Positions 1 to 51,558 of a stretch of DNA of 64,000 nucleotides are shown piece after piece; the stretch's first letter is position 1, and the number at the start of each line of letters is the position of its first letter. The stretch is from Chiloscyllium plagiosum (lineage: Eukaryota), in assembly GCF_004010195.1 (NCBI RefSeq), contig NC_057718.1, positions 56,492,174 to 56,556,173 on the forward strand. Direction: 5' to 3'. Under the pieces are notes generated by a model. It was not told the origin of the DNA and did not search any database. It saw nothing but the letters and a program-made list of their open reading frames with translations. Made by a program: the position numbers and the translations under genes.

Positions 1-1035
1 TTGTTTTTCAGACTGGAGGCCTGTGACCAGTGGAGTGCCACAAGGATCGGTGCTGGGCCCTCTACTTTTTGTCATTACATAAATAATTTGGATATGAGCA
101 TAAGAGGTACAGTTAGTAAGTTTGCAGATGACACCAAAATTGGAGGTGTAGTGGACAGCAAAGAAGGTTACCTCAGATTACAACAGGATCTGGACCAGAT
201 GGGCCAATGGGCTGAGAAGTGGCAGATGGAGTTTTATTCTGATAAATGAGAAGTGCTGCATTTTGGGAAAGCAAATCTTAGCAGGATTATACACTTAATG
301 GTAAGGTCCTAGGGAGTGTTGCTGAACAAAGAGACCTTGGAGTGCAGGTTCATAACTCCTTGAAAGTGGAGTCGCAGGTGGATAGGATAGTGAAGGCGGC
401 GTTTGGTACGCTTTCCTTTATTGGTCAGAGTATTGAGAACAGGAGTTGGCAGTTCATGTTGCGGCTGTACAGGACATTGGTTAGGCCACTGTTGGAATAT
501 TGCGTGCAATTCTGGTTTCCTTCCTATTGGAGAGATGTTGTTAAACTTGAAAGGGTTCAGAAAAGATTTACAAGGATGTTGCCAGGGTTGGAGGATCTGA
601 GCTACAGGGAGAGGCTGAACAGGCTGAGGCTGTTTTCCCTGGAGCGTCGGAGGCTGAGGGGTGACCTTATAGAGGTTTTACAAAATTATGAGAGACATGG
701 ATAGGATAAATAGGCAAAGTCTTTTTCCTGGGGTCAGGGAGTCCAGAACTAGAGGGCATAGGTTTAGGGTGAGAGGGGAAAGATATAAAACAGGGGGCAA
801 CCTTTTCACGCAGAGGGTGGTACGTGTATGGAATGAGCTGCCAGAGGATGTGGTGGAGGCTGGTACAATTGCAACATTTAAGAGGCATTTGGATGGGTAT
901 ATGAATTGGAAGGGTTTGAAGGGATATGGGTCGGGCACAGGCAGGTGGGACTAGATTGGGTTGGGATATCTGGTCGGCATGGACGCGTTGGACCGAAGGG
1001 TCTGTTTCCATGCTGTACATCTCTATGACTCTATA
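1..1035 (+). mobile_element. CR1-clade LINE, 3' part of ORF2 and 3' tail
   Basis: SKFADDTK, LYRTLVRPLLEYC, LERRRLRGDLIEV, FTQRVVRVWNELP; tail ending ctatgactcta. Confidence 0.9.
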
Positions 1036-1699
1036 AAGTGCAGCAATGGGTGATGTAGAAGAACAAGATACTTGATCATTGTTACAATTAACACCACTCA
1101 TTTATATAAAGCAATACAATTATTTCTGCATTTGCCCATCTGAGAATAACAGATCACTAAGACCATTTTTCATTAATTTCTTTGCCTTTACAACTAAATT
1201 TACTGCAGGCAGGTAGAGAACTGGCCTCGGTGTGATCTTAAAGAGATGTATAAGATGCTGAGATTGAGAAGGTGAATCTGGAAAATGACTTTAAATCTAA
1301 CTGTGAGAAGAACACGGGTCATACATTGAAACATTCTAAGACTGGTCTCAGGAAGTTTTGCCCTGTAATTAGTTAAGAAGCAATGGGATGTTAAAATAAG
1401 GTTCATTTAAGATCCTTCTGGAAGGATAAGCAAAATACAGATAATAGTTTTAGTATTCTCAAGTATTCCATGACTTTAGTCATTTTAAAAACAAAACAAT
1501 ATTAGTATTGACCTTTAAAAACAGGATCAGAAGAAGTTATTAAAGTAAACCTAAAGCTTTGGTCAGAACAATACAGTTTGGCAATGTGTTGGTTTTCCAT
1601 CAAAGAGAATAGTTTCCACTATCAGTGGAGTCAAAATCTAGAGGACATAAATTTCAAATAATTACAAAAGAACAAGATGGGAGAGGAAATTACCTAAGA

Positions 1700-2830
1700 A
1701 TTCCATTATCTCTATTGGCCAATTGTTTTCCATAACTCCCTCCAACATTAGTCTTGAATACACATCTTTCTCCAGTTTCTCTCCTATTTTCCCTCATGCC
1801 ATCTCAAAACTTCACAAGATCTAATGCTTGCTCCCTCAACTCTACATCCACTAAATCACTGATGATCCAACTGCCTGCTCCAGGTCCCATTAACTGATAT
1901 TGTTAATATGGTTTTGTCTTGAATTATTATCCTTCTCTATTTTAAGTCTGATTTCAACGCTCCTTCAAAAAAAAACCCAGACACCATAATCCTTGTAAAT
2001 CCTGCCCTAAATTCCAAGCTCCCTTTACTCTCCTAGGTCTCTGAATGTGGTGTAATTTCTAAATCTATGTCCATCTATTTTCCTAGTTTGGACCACTCCT
2101 ATAAGGTTTCCTACCTGAACAGGAGTGAACCAGCTCCTATCAAATTCTCAGATGGTATCCTTTGTGATTGGGAGAAAGATAAACTTCTCCTCCTGGATCT
2201 GTCATAGTCTTTGATGTGGTTGACCATATCATCCTCCTCCATTGCTCTTCACTGTTCCCAGCTGGGTGGGATGTTCTCATGATTTAGTTTTCACCTCTCA
2301 AACTGTATTTATCGATTCACTTAGTGTAGTTTCTCTTCCGGCTCCCACATGGTTAATTACGGTACATGCTTCCTTCTATTTCTCATCTCCATGCTTCCGT
2401 TAAACAACATTATCCAGAAACAGGGTGTTAGTTTTCACTAATATTCTGAAGACATGCAGCTCTACTTCACCATCTCCTCTCCCAACTCCTCTGATATTAG
2501 AATGTTATCAGATAGCTCATCAATTTCTGCTATGAATGAGTAGTAAGTTCTTCTAATTAAGCACTGGGAAGACTGAGCCTTTGTTTTCAGTAATTGCCTC
2601 AAATTTCATTCCCTACTATTGAATATATCCCCCTCTCTGACAACGGTCTGAGACTAAACAGGTTTGTTGGTAGCCTCGGTGTTATGGTTGACCTGGTATG
2701 AGCTTTTGACTACATATTTATTCATTACCATTTCCATTCTCATCCCCAAATATTGGTTAGTTTTGCCCCTATCCCAACTCAGCTATAGCTGAAACCCTCA
2801 TTCGTGATTTAGTCACCTTTAGATTGATTA
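1700..2830 (+). mobile_element. Degenerate L2-clade LINE RT fragment
   Basis: C/T-rich remnants of RT motifs (LLLLDLS..FD.VDH..LL at ~2185-2240); boundaries approximate. Confidence 0.55.
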
Positions 2831-4983
2831 CTGAATGAATTCTGGTCTCATATTCTATCTTCTGAAACAAGAACAAAGAAAACTGCTATCCTTGCCTGGC
2901 CTGGCCTACATGTCATTTCAGACACACAGCAAATATGATTGATCGTAACTGTGATTACTCGTTGGGTAATTAGACATCAGCAATAAATGGTCTAGCCAGC
3001 AAAACCTACTGGCTAGGTTTTGAGGAAGTACGGTACAATGCAGAACTCATCAGATGAAATACTACATGCCTCTTTTCATTTTGAGGGTAGTAGTTTGAAG
3101 GAAAGAATGCAGAAGATGAGCAACTTAAAAGCTTTGAAGAATATCTGGAACCCTGGATCAATTGTAGGAGATACTATGGTGGAAGAAGAGGATGAATTGG
3201 AAGAATTTGCAAGTTCGAACTACATCGCATGAATGAATGATTTAAAAAAATCTCTCCACACCTGGTCTCCTTGAACACTACAACTCTCCAAGAAACTTGT
3301 GCTCTTTTAATTCTGGCTTCTTGAGTGGACTCAATTTTAATCACAATTTTGGTGATTACACTACTCACACTCTCTACCTTGCTTTCCTCCTTTCAATTGC
3401 TCTTTAAAATCTACCTTTTTGACTAAACCTTTGGTTATATGCCCAAATAACTCAGGTGGTTCAGTGCCATTTTTGTTTTAGAATGCTCCAGTGAATTGTA
3501 ATGAGACAATTTATTACATTTCAGATGCAATAAGTGGTAGTTGCAGAATGACAGCAGACAAGCATTCACCCTAGCTGGTCTGTCCCAATATTTATGCTCC
3601 ACACCAGCCACCTTTCCACTTTAACTCATCAGCATGACTTTTTTTTAATTGCTTTTTGTTTCATGTAAGTACTTAAATTCCCTTCAAAATGCATTTTTTT
3701 AAACCTGAACTACTTCAAGTGGTAGTATTCCACATTCAAACCAATCTTTGGGCAATAAAGTTTCAGATGAATTCCTTACTCAATTTATCAGTGACAAATT
3801 TATATCCCTAGTGTTGAATTTCCTTATAAGAAGAAACATTTTCACTATATGTACATTATGAAACCCCTTAATAGTTTTAAAGGCCTCTATAAAGGTCACT
3901 CCTCAAATTTATCTGAGGGAAAAGAGCATCAGCCAGTTTCATCTTTTTTCATAATAGGTACAACCTTTCAATTTTAGTACCAACCTTGTAAACCTTTACA
4001 GTGCCTTCTGCAATGCCACCATATGTGTTTTCTTTATTAATTGGAGACCAGAATAGTTCAGTATTCTATGTATCAAAACTCTATACAAATTTAACACAAT
4101 TTGCTTTTGCATTCTATTGATTCAGAAATAGACCCTGCATGTTTGTTTTTTTTAAATGACTTGCCAACTTGTAAATTTTAATGATTTCTGAAGTTGTGTC
4201 CTTCGATATTTTTATTCCCATTTAGACCTTCATTTCCCAAGAAAAATTATTTCTCTTATCACCTTATGTGCAAAACTTTGTGATCTATGCTGAACTAAAA
4301 GAGTTGTACTTGAGGGGTTCAAGAAACTGTACATGCTCTGAAAAATAAAATTGTATTGAAAGATTTTATCTATAGTCATGAACCGAGAGAGAAATACTGA
4401 TTTTTGTCAGAGTTCATCCCAAGTAGATGACGCAGGACTCTGTATTCTATAAGCTGTTACCAGGAACATAGTGGGATAAACATCTCTGCTGCTCGAATAT
4501 CATCAACTCTGTGAAATATGCTCTTTGATCTATCTAACTTGCTAGTCTTTAAATATAAAAGAGTTGTCCTCAAATGAATGTTGTAGCCTGGCACATTCCA
4601 AAGTCCAAGACTACATGCTAGGGGTGCACTATAACTTGGGGCAGTCACCATAAAGACACAATAGGGAATAGGTACTGTCTAAGACCTTTCAGCTATTATG
4701 TACTGACAGGCAGAAAATTGCCAAACTTCTCAGGCTGTATACCTCAAGAGAAATGTAGATTGTGAATGTCAAGGGTATTAAAATTATATTGAAGCACTCA
4801 GACTGGAAATGATGCAAGGATACAAATTAATTTCTATTACACTTACTGCGATTTTCAAATCAAAATGTTTGGTAATTATACAGTTATACATTTTTTTGGT
4901 GTTAAAAAAAACTACTTGATGGTAAAAGTTCTCCAATAGATAGGTACTAGTTTCCAAAATTACAAGTAAAATTTGAAACATTA

Positions 4984-43800
<38,817 letters not shown>

Positions 43801-44693
43801 CTGCCAATCAAAAGTACAGGATGAAAATAGCAATATAGAGCATAGCAATTCAGTTTTTCACAAAAAAATCTAGTAAGGTTGTTGATCCATTTTTCATAGA
43901 GTTATCAAGATGGAAAATTCTCTCAAATGCTGCAATTATGTGGGATGTGAGCTACTGACACACACCATCTTAAAAAAAGTTTTGCTTTAATGACCTAGGG
44001 TCTAGTCTAAGATTTTAAAGTAGGAGTTACATTGACAGATTTATATGGTATTCCATGGGTGATCTGATTGTGGGGATACTGAGACCAAAGAATAGAGCCC
44101 AATTACAATGTAATCAAAGCAGAAAGTGGCTTGAAGGTAAAACCATCAGGAAGGGAAAGGACATTAAGAATAATTTGGAGTGAGGAAACTGCTATGGAGG
44201 CCAAAAGTAACAGATGAAGATAAAGGCTCTCTATAGTCAATAATATTACAAATTAGAAGGCACAGAGCAACAGACGCAATTTATGTCAACTACTTTGTGC
44301 AGAATTGATGATTGGGATATAATTACATGAATTCCGTCAAGCTTTTTCTATATTTCTGCCCAAACTCACTTGCATATCACCAAACACAACATGTACAAAC
44401 ACAACTGCCCAGACTTCTCAATGCAGTTCAAACAAACAAACAAACATAATTCATGCTATTTAACTATAGAAAGCACATCATCCAAGTTCATTACCACGTC
44501 ACTGACATCCTGCCTTCTCAATGGCTTCCTTTTCTATCAATCAGGGAGGATCGGCATGACTGCATTTGCTAAACCTGCTCAATGTCATCATGTTCTGCAT
44601 TATCAGGTCAGTAGTAGTGTAGTCCATGGCATCTACACTACCAACGCTACCTGGAACGATGGTGGCAACTGTGGTCCCTTCTCAATTCCCACC

Positions 44694-45428
44694 TGCAAGT
44701 GGGCATCAGAGCCGCCCCGCATTTGCCATGGGACTATGCCTACATCGGTAAAACTATAGGAATTCATTTTGTGTTTTAAAAACGGCAGCCACAGCTTAAA
44801 GCCACAGAACTGAGCAGCTGCCGGTCCGCCCACATGACCGGGTGATGGGAGCCAGAGGACAGATCAAATCCACGCTAGGCCAGACACTAACCATGACTCA
44901 TAGACCGAAACTCCGGAGCTAATTAATATGGAAACCCATCTCCTAATCAAATCAAGAGACTGACTGAAACACACCCATATTCATCAATACAGAACCATCC
45001 TGACACAAAGAACAGGCATCCACCAGACAGGAACGAACAGACTAATACACACCAGCACCCCAAGGGAACAAAGGGGGGGTGCCAGCCCCCAGCCCTCACA
45101 GAGAGAGACAAGCAGATAGTACCCGAACCCTGTTTACATAATCCAATTAGCACCCTATTGTGTGTACACGGCAACTCTCCTGGGACGGAAGGAAACCCAC
45201 CATTTGCACCTACTCCAGCAATGATGGGGAACTATCATTCCATTCATACTCAAAATCCTCACATCCTGACAAAGAAAGGTATATAATGTGTAGCAGCACG
45301 CGGGAACAGCAGAACAGCCGAGATTCGGACCTCGGTTGGTCTCCGCCTGTGTCACTGTATCAATAAACGTTACTGATTGTTGAACCGCACTCTGGGCTCG
45401 GACTGATATCATTTCATCCGCGCTAACA
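44694..45428 (+). repeat. ERV 5' LTR (735 bp, TG...CA)
   Basis: Direct repeat of 53791-54524; TATATAA at 45280-45286; AATAAA at 45362-45367. Confidence 0.95.
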
Positions 45429-45430
45429 AT

Positions 45431-45449
45431 TGGGGGCTTCGTCCTGGTT
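45431..45449 (+). promoter_or_regulatory. Primer-binding site, tRNA-Pro-like
   Basis: TGGGGGCTTCGTCCTGGTT lies 2 nt after the 5' LTR; resembles the tRNA-Pro PBS TGGGGGCTCGTCCGGGAT with one insertion and two mismatches. Confidence 0.75.
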
Positions 45450-45480
45450 AACGATGGCTGCTGGATCCCTGCGACGGCAC

Positions 45481-45490
45481 TGGGTGAGTA
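45481..45490 (+). promoter_or_regulatory. ERV major splice donor (TGG|GTGAGT)
   Basis: Consensus donor just downstream of the PBS, the usual position for the env mRNA donor. Confidence 0.65.
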
Positions 45491-46413
45491 TCTTTACTCT
45501 TTTACTTCTCGCGTAAAAGTCTCCCAGTGCCCCGCAAGGGACTTCACTGCCGGCCATTATCTGAACCTGTGAACAGAGTGAGTCCGGCAGTCATATAACG
45601 GTAGAGTACTCTTTAAAAAAGTGTGTTTGTGTGTGTGTGTGTGAGAGAGTGATCCTTCGCGGATGGGCGATTGGGGTCGCGGAACACTCGTAAATGTGTG
45701 CGTGATTATTATTATTGTTGTTTATTGTTAATGTGCTACTGTGACTGACGGACTATCCTTGGACCGACGACTTTAGGTACGAGACCCCGACAGATTGACC
45801 CCCATGTTTAAAAACCGACCAAACAAGCCTTCCTGGTTGACCTCTGCAATGGGAGATAGGGGACCCCATTGTACGTTGAGCCCGGTTTTAGCACCTTCCT
45901 TGCGTACGCGGTAGAGGCTGGGAGGTCTACGCGCGCTACAAGAAGGGAAGTCCTCCAAACCAGCCCGACATGCGGAGCCTCTGGGCCAAACGACGGTTAC
46001 GCGCTCAGCCCATTGACTTCGCGGTCCCAAGGTGTTGGCCTCTGCAGGATCAGGTGCGGTTAGGTCGTGGTGCCGAGGTGTTGGCCTCTGCAGGATCAGG
46101 CGCGGTTAGGTCTGAGTTCACCCCCCCCCCTTGCACTAGGGCCCCTGGTTCACGCCCAGTGTTTGTGGGGTACACACGGCCGCTGAACGTCAGGCGGTGA
46201 GAGAGAGACTCGCGGAAACCTGGGGTCGCGCACTCAGGAATCGACACGCGCCCCGTCTGTAACTATCCCCACCCCTGCCCAGGTTGACCTCCGGGGCTAG
46301 GGTTCGACTTACAGGGAGTGGACTCCCCGACTGGGAGATTAATAAGCTAGTGCCAGCGACATCCCTTAGCACACCTGCTAGCTTTACTTTAGTTTAGCTT
46401 CTGTCAAGTTACC

Positions 46414-47793
46414 ATGGGTGGAAGTGCGGCTGAAGACCTAGATTGGGGGCCGGAGGGTTCCCTTACCCGTTTTATAGCCGACGAGAATAAAAAAAAGTTA
46501 TTAAGGCTATGCTTCGCTCAGGCTGGCGACCCGCTGGATGTACAGCGCAAGTGGTGGGCCCGCCAGAAGAAAGATAGGTACGAGAAAGCTTGCGTCCTGG
46601 TGCTACAGGCACACATTAAAGCTGAACCTTGCCAGCAAGCCTATGTCCAAGACAAGAAAAAACAGGCCACAGAGCACCTAGAAGCCCAGGCGCTTGCTGC
46701 CCGTACGGTTTTACCGACCTTATCCGATGCGCCCAGCGCCCCGCCGTCCCCCACCTGGGACTGGGAGGGGCTCACGGACAATCCGGACCCCCGGGAATCG
46801 CGCACGGGCTATGCCCGTGCAGCCCTGATGAAAGTTGAATATACCCCCGGGGGAGGGGACGGGCCACAACCCTTGCCCATAACCCCCGCCTTAAGATGAC
46901 CTACGTCTCCCTGACCCCGGGGGACACCATGAAACTTCTGGACAGGCTCCCTGGCCCTTAAGCCTCGGCACAATAACGCTGAATTTCGGCAGAGGCTTAG
47001 GGAGATGCAGATCTGCCACAACCTTCACAATAGGGACGTGGCCGGCCTGGTCCGGACCAAACTCCCGGAGAACCTGTGGTCCAGGCTCCAGCCCGTGCAC
47101 CAGAATGGGTCCTGGTGCGCTGACCTCAGCGACAGCAATCGCGAACAGGAGGTTGCCCTCGCCGACTTCAAGGCTGATGTCAGCAAGGCGCTCGGCCATA
47201 CACCGGTTGACTGGAACGCCATTGTGGGTATCACTCAGAAACCTGGGGAAGCCCAGGAATATGGGGTCCGCAAGTTTGAGGCGTTCCGAGCCCACAGCGG
47301 GGTTCCCGACACTGATAGGCAGAACCCCGCATTCGTCCAATTATACAAAGACGGCCTGAGCCCCGCACACCAGGCAGTCCTATGGATGGGCCTGATGCCC
47401 TATGTCACCTTTGCGGAGCTAGAGAACTGGGCCATGTCCCTTGACAACCGAGCGGCGCCCGCCGTTGCGGCAGTTTCGACGGATGTTACGACAGTTTCGA
47501 CGGATGAACCGGACGTTTGCTTCCGCTGCAAACGGACGGGGCACCGCAAAGCCCAATGCCCACTCTCTTTCCGACTCCCCTGGGGTCCGGGTCCGAAGGG
47601 GGACCAGCCACCTTCACAGCCGCACTCCTCGCGCCCCCACGACCAGGATCGCCCCAGACAAGGGGTCAACAGCGACCCCAGCCCCCACAAACCTCGCAGC
47701 CCAAGCCCGAAACCCACCACCCTCGACTGGGATCAACTCAGTCAGGACCAGCTGCTCGAGCTTTTACAGCTGCTCGCCTGACGCAAAGACTGA
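46414..47793 (+). pseudogene. gag: ERV gag (MA-CA-NC) with two compensating frameshifts near 46890 and 46953
   Basis: accATGG start, MGGS N-terminus (Gly2), PSAP late-domain motif 46732-46743, CCHC knuckle CFRCKRTGHRKAQC 47518-47559; stops at 47779 and 47791. Confidence 0.85.
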
Positions 47794-50700
47794 GTAGCGT
47801 CGGCCCCCGTCCCGGGAGCCGACCCCCGTATCTGGGTTTCCGCATCGCTAGGGGGCTGCCGATGCAAGATTTTGATTGATACGGGGGTGTCGGTCTCCCT
47901 CACCGACCTCGACCTTCCCTCAACCCACCACTCCATTTCCATTAAAAAGGGTTGGGGGAAGCTCGGTTGTTGCACGCCGAAGTGAGGCCATCCTTCTAGA
48001 GGTAGACAACATTTTACTCCCCGTGCATTTCTGGGTTTGCCCAAACTCTGAGGGGATGATTATGGGTATCGACCTTCTGGGCGAACTGGGGGCGGTGGTG
48101 GACGCGTCCACCACCGCCTCCTGTGGACATCCCGCAAATTTCACAAGAGCGCCCACGAGGGTAGATGGGTGCCCACTAAATCCATCGCTGCACTTGCCCC
48201 CAGTATGCCCATCGCCCGGGACTGGGCCAAGGACGGTGCCTTCGGGGCCTTCTGCCAACTAGTCCCGGAGGTGTGGGCCACAAGCAAGCAGGACTGCGGC
48301 CTCGTCTGCTCCCCTCCTGTGCGGATATCTGGCCCCACACACGCCCCGCACCGACAATACCCGATTACACCTGAGGCGCTGCGCGCCACTGAGGCAATCG
48401 TTGCCGAGCTCACCCGGCACAGCGTCCTGCGCCCCACGGTGTCCACCACCAACTCCCCTATATGGCCAGTCCGGAAGCCGGATGGGAGCTACAGGCTCAC
48501 CATCGACTACACGGCACTCAATAGGGTCACCCCCAAAGAGCACCCTATCATAGCCAGCCTGACCACCATCTTCAACGGCCTCGAACCCTCACACCGGATC
48601 TTAACGGTCCTGGACGTGGCGAATGGCTTTTGGTCCATTCCCCTGCACCGTGACTCACAGGACAAGTTTGCCTTCACGCTGCAGGACAGACAGTATACAT
48701 GGACCCGCCTGCCGCAGGGCTTCCACAACAACCCTAACATTTTCCACAGGGTCATGAGCCGGACCCTGTAGGGGTGCGACCTCTCCCCCTTCTCGAGCAC
48801 CCTCCTACAGTATGTAGACGACCTTTTGATCGAGTCCACGGACGCGCGCCACCACCTGGGAGCCCTGGTCGCCGTCCGCGGACCCTCGGCCGGGCAGGTT
48901 TCAAAATAAGCCCCACAAAGGCCCAGGTCGGACTGGCTAAAGTCCGGTACCTGGGACATGACATCAGCCAGGGAAGCAAGACCCTAGCCATTGCCGACAT
49001 GCCACGGCCGGACACAGTCAGGGGAATCTGCCGCGTCTTGGGGCTTTTTAACTACTGCCGCTCTTTCATTGCACATTTTGCCACTATCGCCGAACCCATT
49101 CAGCGCCTAGTGAAGGGGGGCAGGCCAGGAGCGGAGAGGTAAGGGGACCCGAACAGGACGACGCTTATTCTAAGAGGAGAAAGTGAGGGCTGCAGATGCT
49201 GGAGATCAGAGCTGAAAATGTGTTGCTGGAAAAGCGCAGCAGGTCAGGCAGCATCCAAGGAACAGGAGAATCGACGTTTCGGGCATAAGCCCTTCTTCAG
49301 GCTTATGCCCGAAAAGTCGATTCTCCTGTTCCTTGGATGCTGCCTGACCTGCTGCGCTTTTCCAGCAACACATTTTCAGCGACGCTTATTCTAAGTTAAA
49401 GTCCCATCTCCTCAGCGTCCCGGCCCTGTGCCTCCCCGACCTATCAAAGCCCTTCCACATCTTTTACGGCCTCGAAGGGGGGTTTTACAGCGCTGTTGTC
49501 ACCCAAACCTCAGGTGACCACATGAGACCAGTGGGTTACTACTCCACAAAGGAGTCCCTGGTCGTGAAGGACATGCACCGCTGCGTGGCGGCGCTGGATT
49601 GCGCTGCACGGGCGGTCCGGGTGTGAGAGTCGGTCACCATGTCCGGCCAGATAATTTTACACACTAGACACACTATAGTCGAACTCCTGAATATGGGCTG
49701 CCTCCGGACGGACTCGGATGCCCGCAGGGCAACATGGGAGGTGGTTCTCCTCCCCTGGGACCAGTCCATTCAGATCGTTAGGGACACAGGGCCAAACCCC
49801 GCCAACGGGATTATCGCGGTAGGGGAACCCCACCATTGCCAGGCTGCCATCGACTCGGCGGAGGGGGACTGCATGGCCGACAGCCCGGTCCCTGATCCCG
49901 ACCTGACCTTGTATGTGGACGGCTCACGTAGGCTTGTCGAGGGGTCCTACCAAACGGGATGGGCAGTGGTCGACCATACCAGGACCACCTGAGCACAGGG
50001 AACGATGGGAGGGGTGACACCTCCGCCCAAGTCGCGGAGCTGGTCGCCCTCACCGCCGCACTCCGCCTGGGAACAGGCAAGCGGGTAAACATCTTTACCG
50101 ACAGCCAGTACGCTTTCAGGGTAGTCCATGATTACATGGCAGCGTGGAACCGCCAGGGTTTTATTACGGCCGGCGGTGGCCAGATTAAACACGGAAATAT
50201 GGTCCGTGACCTGGTGGCGGCCGCATGGTGAAAATCAAAGCACACCAACAGGCCACCACTGTTGAACAGCTAGGGAATTATTGGGCCGACCTGGCCGCCA
50301 AGGCCGCCGTGGGCGCGGCGCTACCGCCCGCGCATGCAGCACCGGCTACTGAGGTCCGGGACTGAACGTCCTGGACGTCCAGAATTGCGCACAGCCCGGA
50401 GAGGTAGAGGACTGGCTGGCAAAGGGCGCAGCCCGCGACCCCGATGGAGTGTGGCGGCACGGCGGCAGGGTCGTGGCCCCCGCGGCCATCAGAACGACCT
50501 TGATGCAACTACACCACGAGCCAGACCACACGGGCCACGATGGAACACTTGCTAGGCTCCAGACCGACTGGTGGTAGCCCGGCCTCGACCGCGATGTGGC
50601 CAAACACTGCCGCCGATGCGTTGTCTGCGCCCAGCACAACCCAGGGCGGCCCCTGCGCATTCCCCTGGCGCACCAGCCATGGCCCAAGGGGCCCTGGGAG

Positions 50701-51184
50701 AACCTCCAGGTTGATTTCACAGGCCCCCTACCCTCCAACAGTGGCAAGATGTATTTCCTGGTGATCGTTTACCATTTCACGCGCTGGGTAGAAGCCTTTC
50801 CTACACGGGACTGTACATCCGCCACCATGGCCAGAGTGCTGGCCTTCGACATCTTCCCGTGCTGGGGGATCCCCCTCCAGATTGACTCGGACTAGGGCAC
50901 GCACTTCACCGGACGCGCAATGAAACTGGCCTGCCGCCTCCGAGGCATCAGACAGCGCTTCCACGTCCCGTTCCATCCCTAGAGCTCCGGGATGGTTGAG
51001 TGCATGAACCGGACCCTTAAAGCGGCGATCGCGAAGGCGATTGCCGATACAGGGCAGGGCTGGGTGGACGTTCTGCCCTGCATACTGATGCGCTTAAGGA
51101 CCACCCCGGGCCGCTCCACTGGCCTCACTCCCTTCAAGCTCATGACGGGGAGGGCCATGCGACTACCAGAGAACGTCATGGTCG
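47794..51184 (+). pseudogene. pol: ERV pro-pol: protease, RT, connection/tether, RNase H, integrase; several stops and frameshifts; runs into an assembly gap
   Basis: ILIDTG (DTG 47878-47886), GIDLL; LDVANGFWS, LPQGF, YVDD (48811-48822); YVDGS, SAQVAEL, TDSQY RNase H; HHCC, QVDFTG, DSD*G, GMVE integrase motifs. Confidence 0.93.
49175..49380. mobile_element. Penelope-like terminal fragment inserted as an inverted dimer into ERV pol
   Basis: ~81 bp inverted arms (49211-49291, 49300-49380); TSD GACGCTTATTCTAAG (49160-49174, 49381-49395); same sequence as the PLE ends at 20119-20245 and 24115-24240. Confidence 0.85.
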
Positions 51185-51413
51185 NNNNNNNNNNNNNNNN
51201 NNNNNNNNNNNNNNNNNNNNNNNNNNNNNNNNNNNNNNNNNNNNNNNNNNNNNNNNNNNNNNNNNNNNNNNNNNNNNNNNNNNNNNNNNNNNNNNNNNNN
51301 NNNNNNNNNNNNNNNNNNNNNNNNNNNNNNNNNNNNNNNNNNNNNNNNNNNNNNNNNNNNNNNNNNNNNNNNNNNNNNNNNNNNNNNNNNNNNNNNNNNN
51401 NNNNNNNNNNNNN
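51185..51413. other. Assembly gap (229 N) inside the ERV, between integrase and env
   Basis: Run of N. Confidence 1.
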
Positions 51414-51428
51414 CCAACCTTTGACTTG

Positions 51429-51458
51429 ACTCTAACCGCCTCCTTTTTCTCCTTACAG
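51429..51458 (+). promoter_or_regulatory. Candidate env splice acceptor 1
   Basis: CTCTAAC branch-like motif, pyrimidine tract, TTACAG; ATG at 51463. Confidence 0.55.
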
Positions 51459-51524
51459 AGCGATGGGCGGACCGGTCCGGGGGGGTCTGCTCCTACACAC
51501 ACTAACCCTACACCCTTGTGTAGG

Positions 51525-51555
51525 GTCCCCTCTCTCTCTCCCTCTCTTCCCACAG
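51525..51555 (+). promoter_or_regulatory. Candidate env splice acceptor 2
   Basis: Long C/T tract ending CACAG; ATG at 51559 opens a signal-peptide-like sequence. Confidence 0.6.
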
Positions 51556-51558
51556 ATC

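Noticed and set aside
47471..47506. Tandem duplication in gag (CAGTTTCGACGGATG twice, 21 nt period)
   Set aside because: Real and in frame, but ordinary linker-length variation before the zinc knuckle
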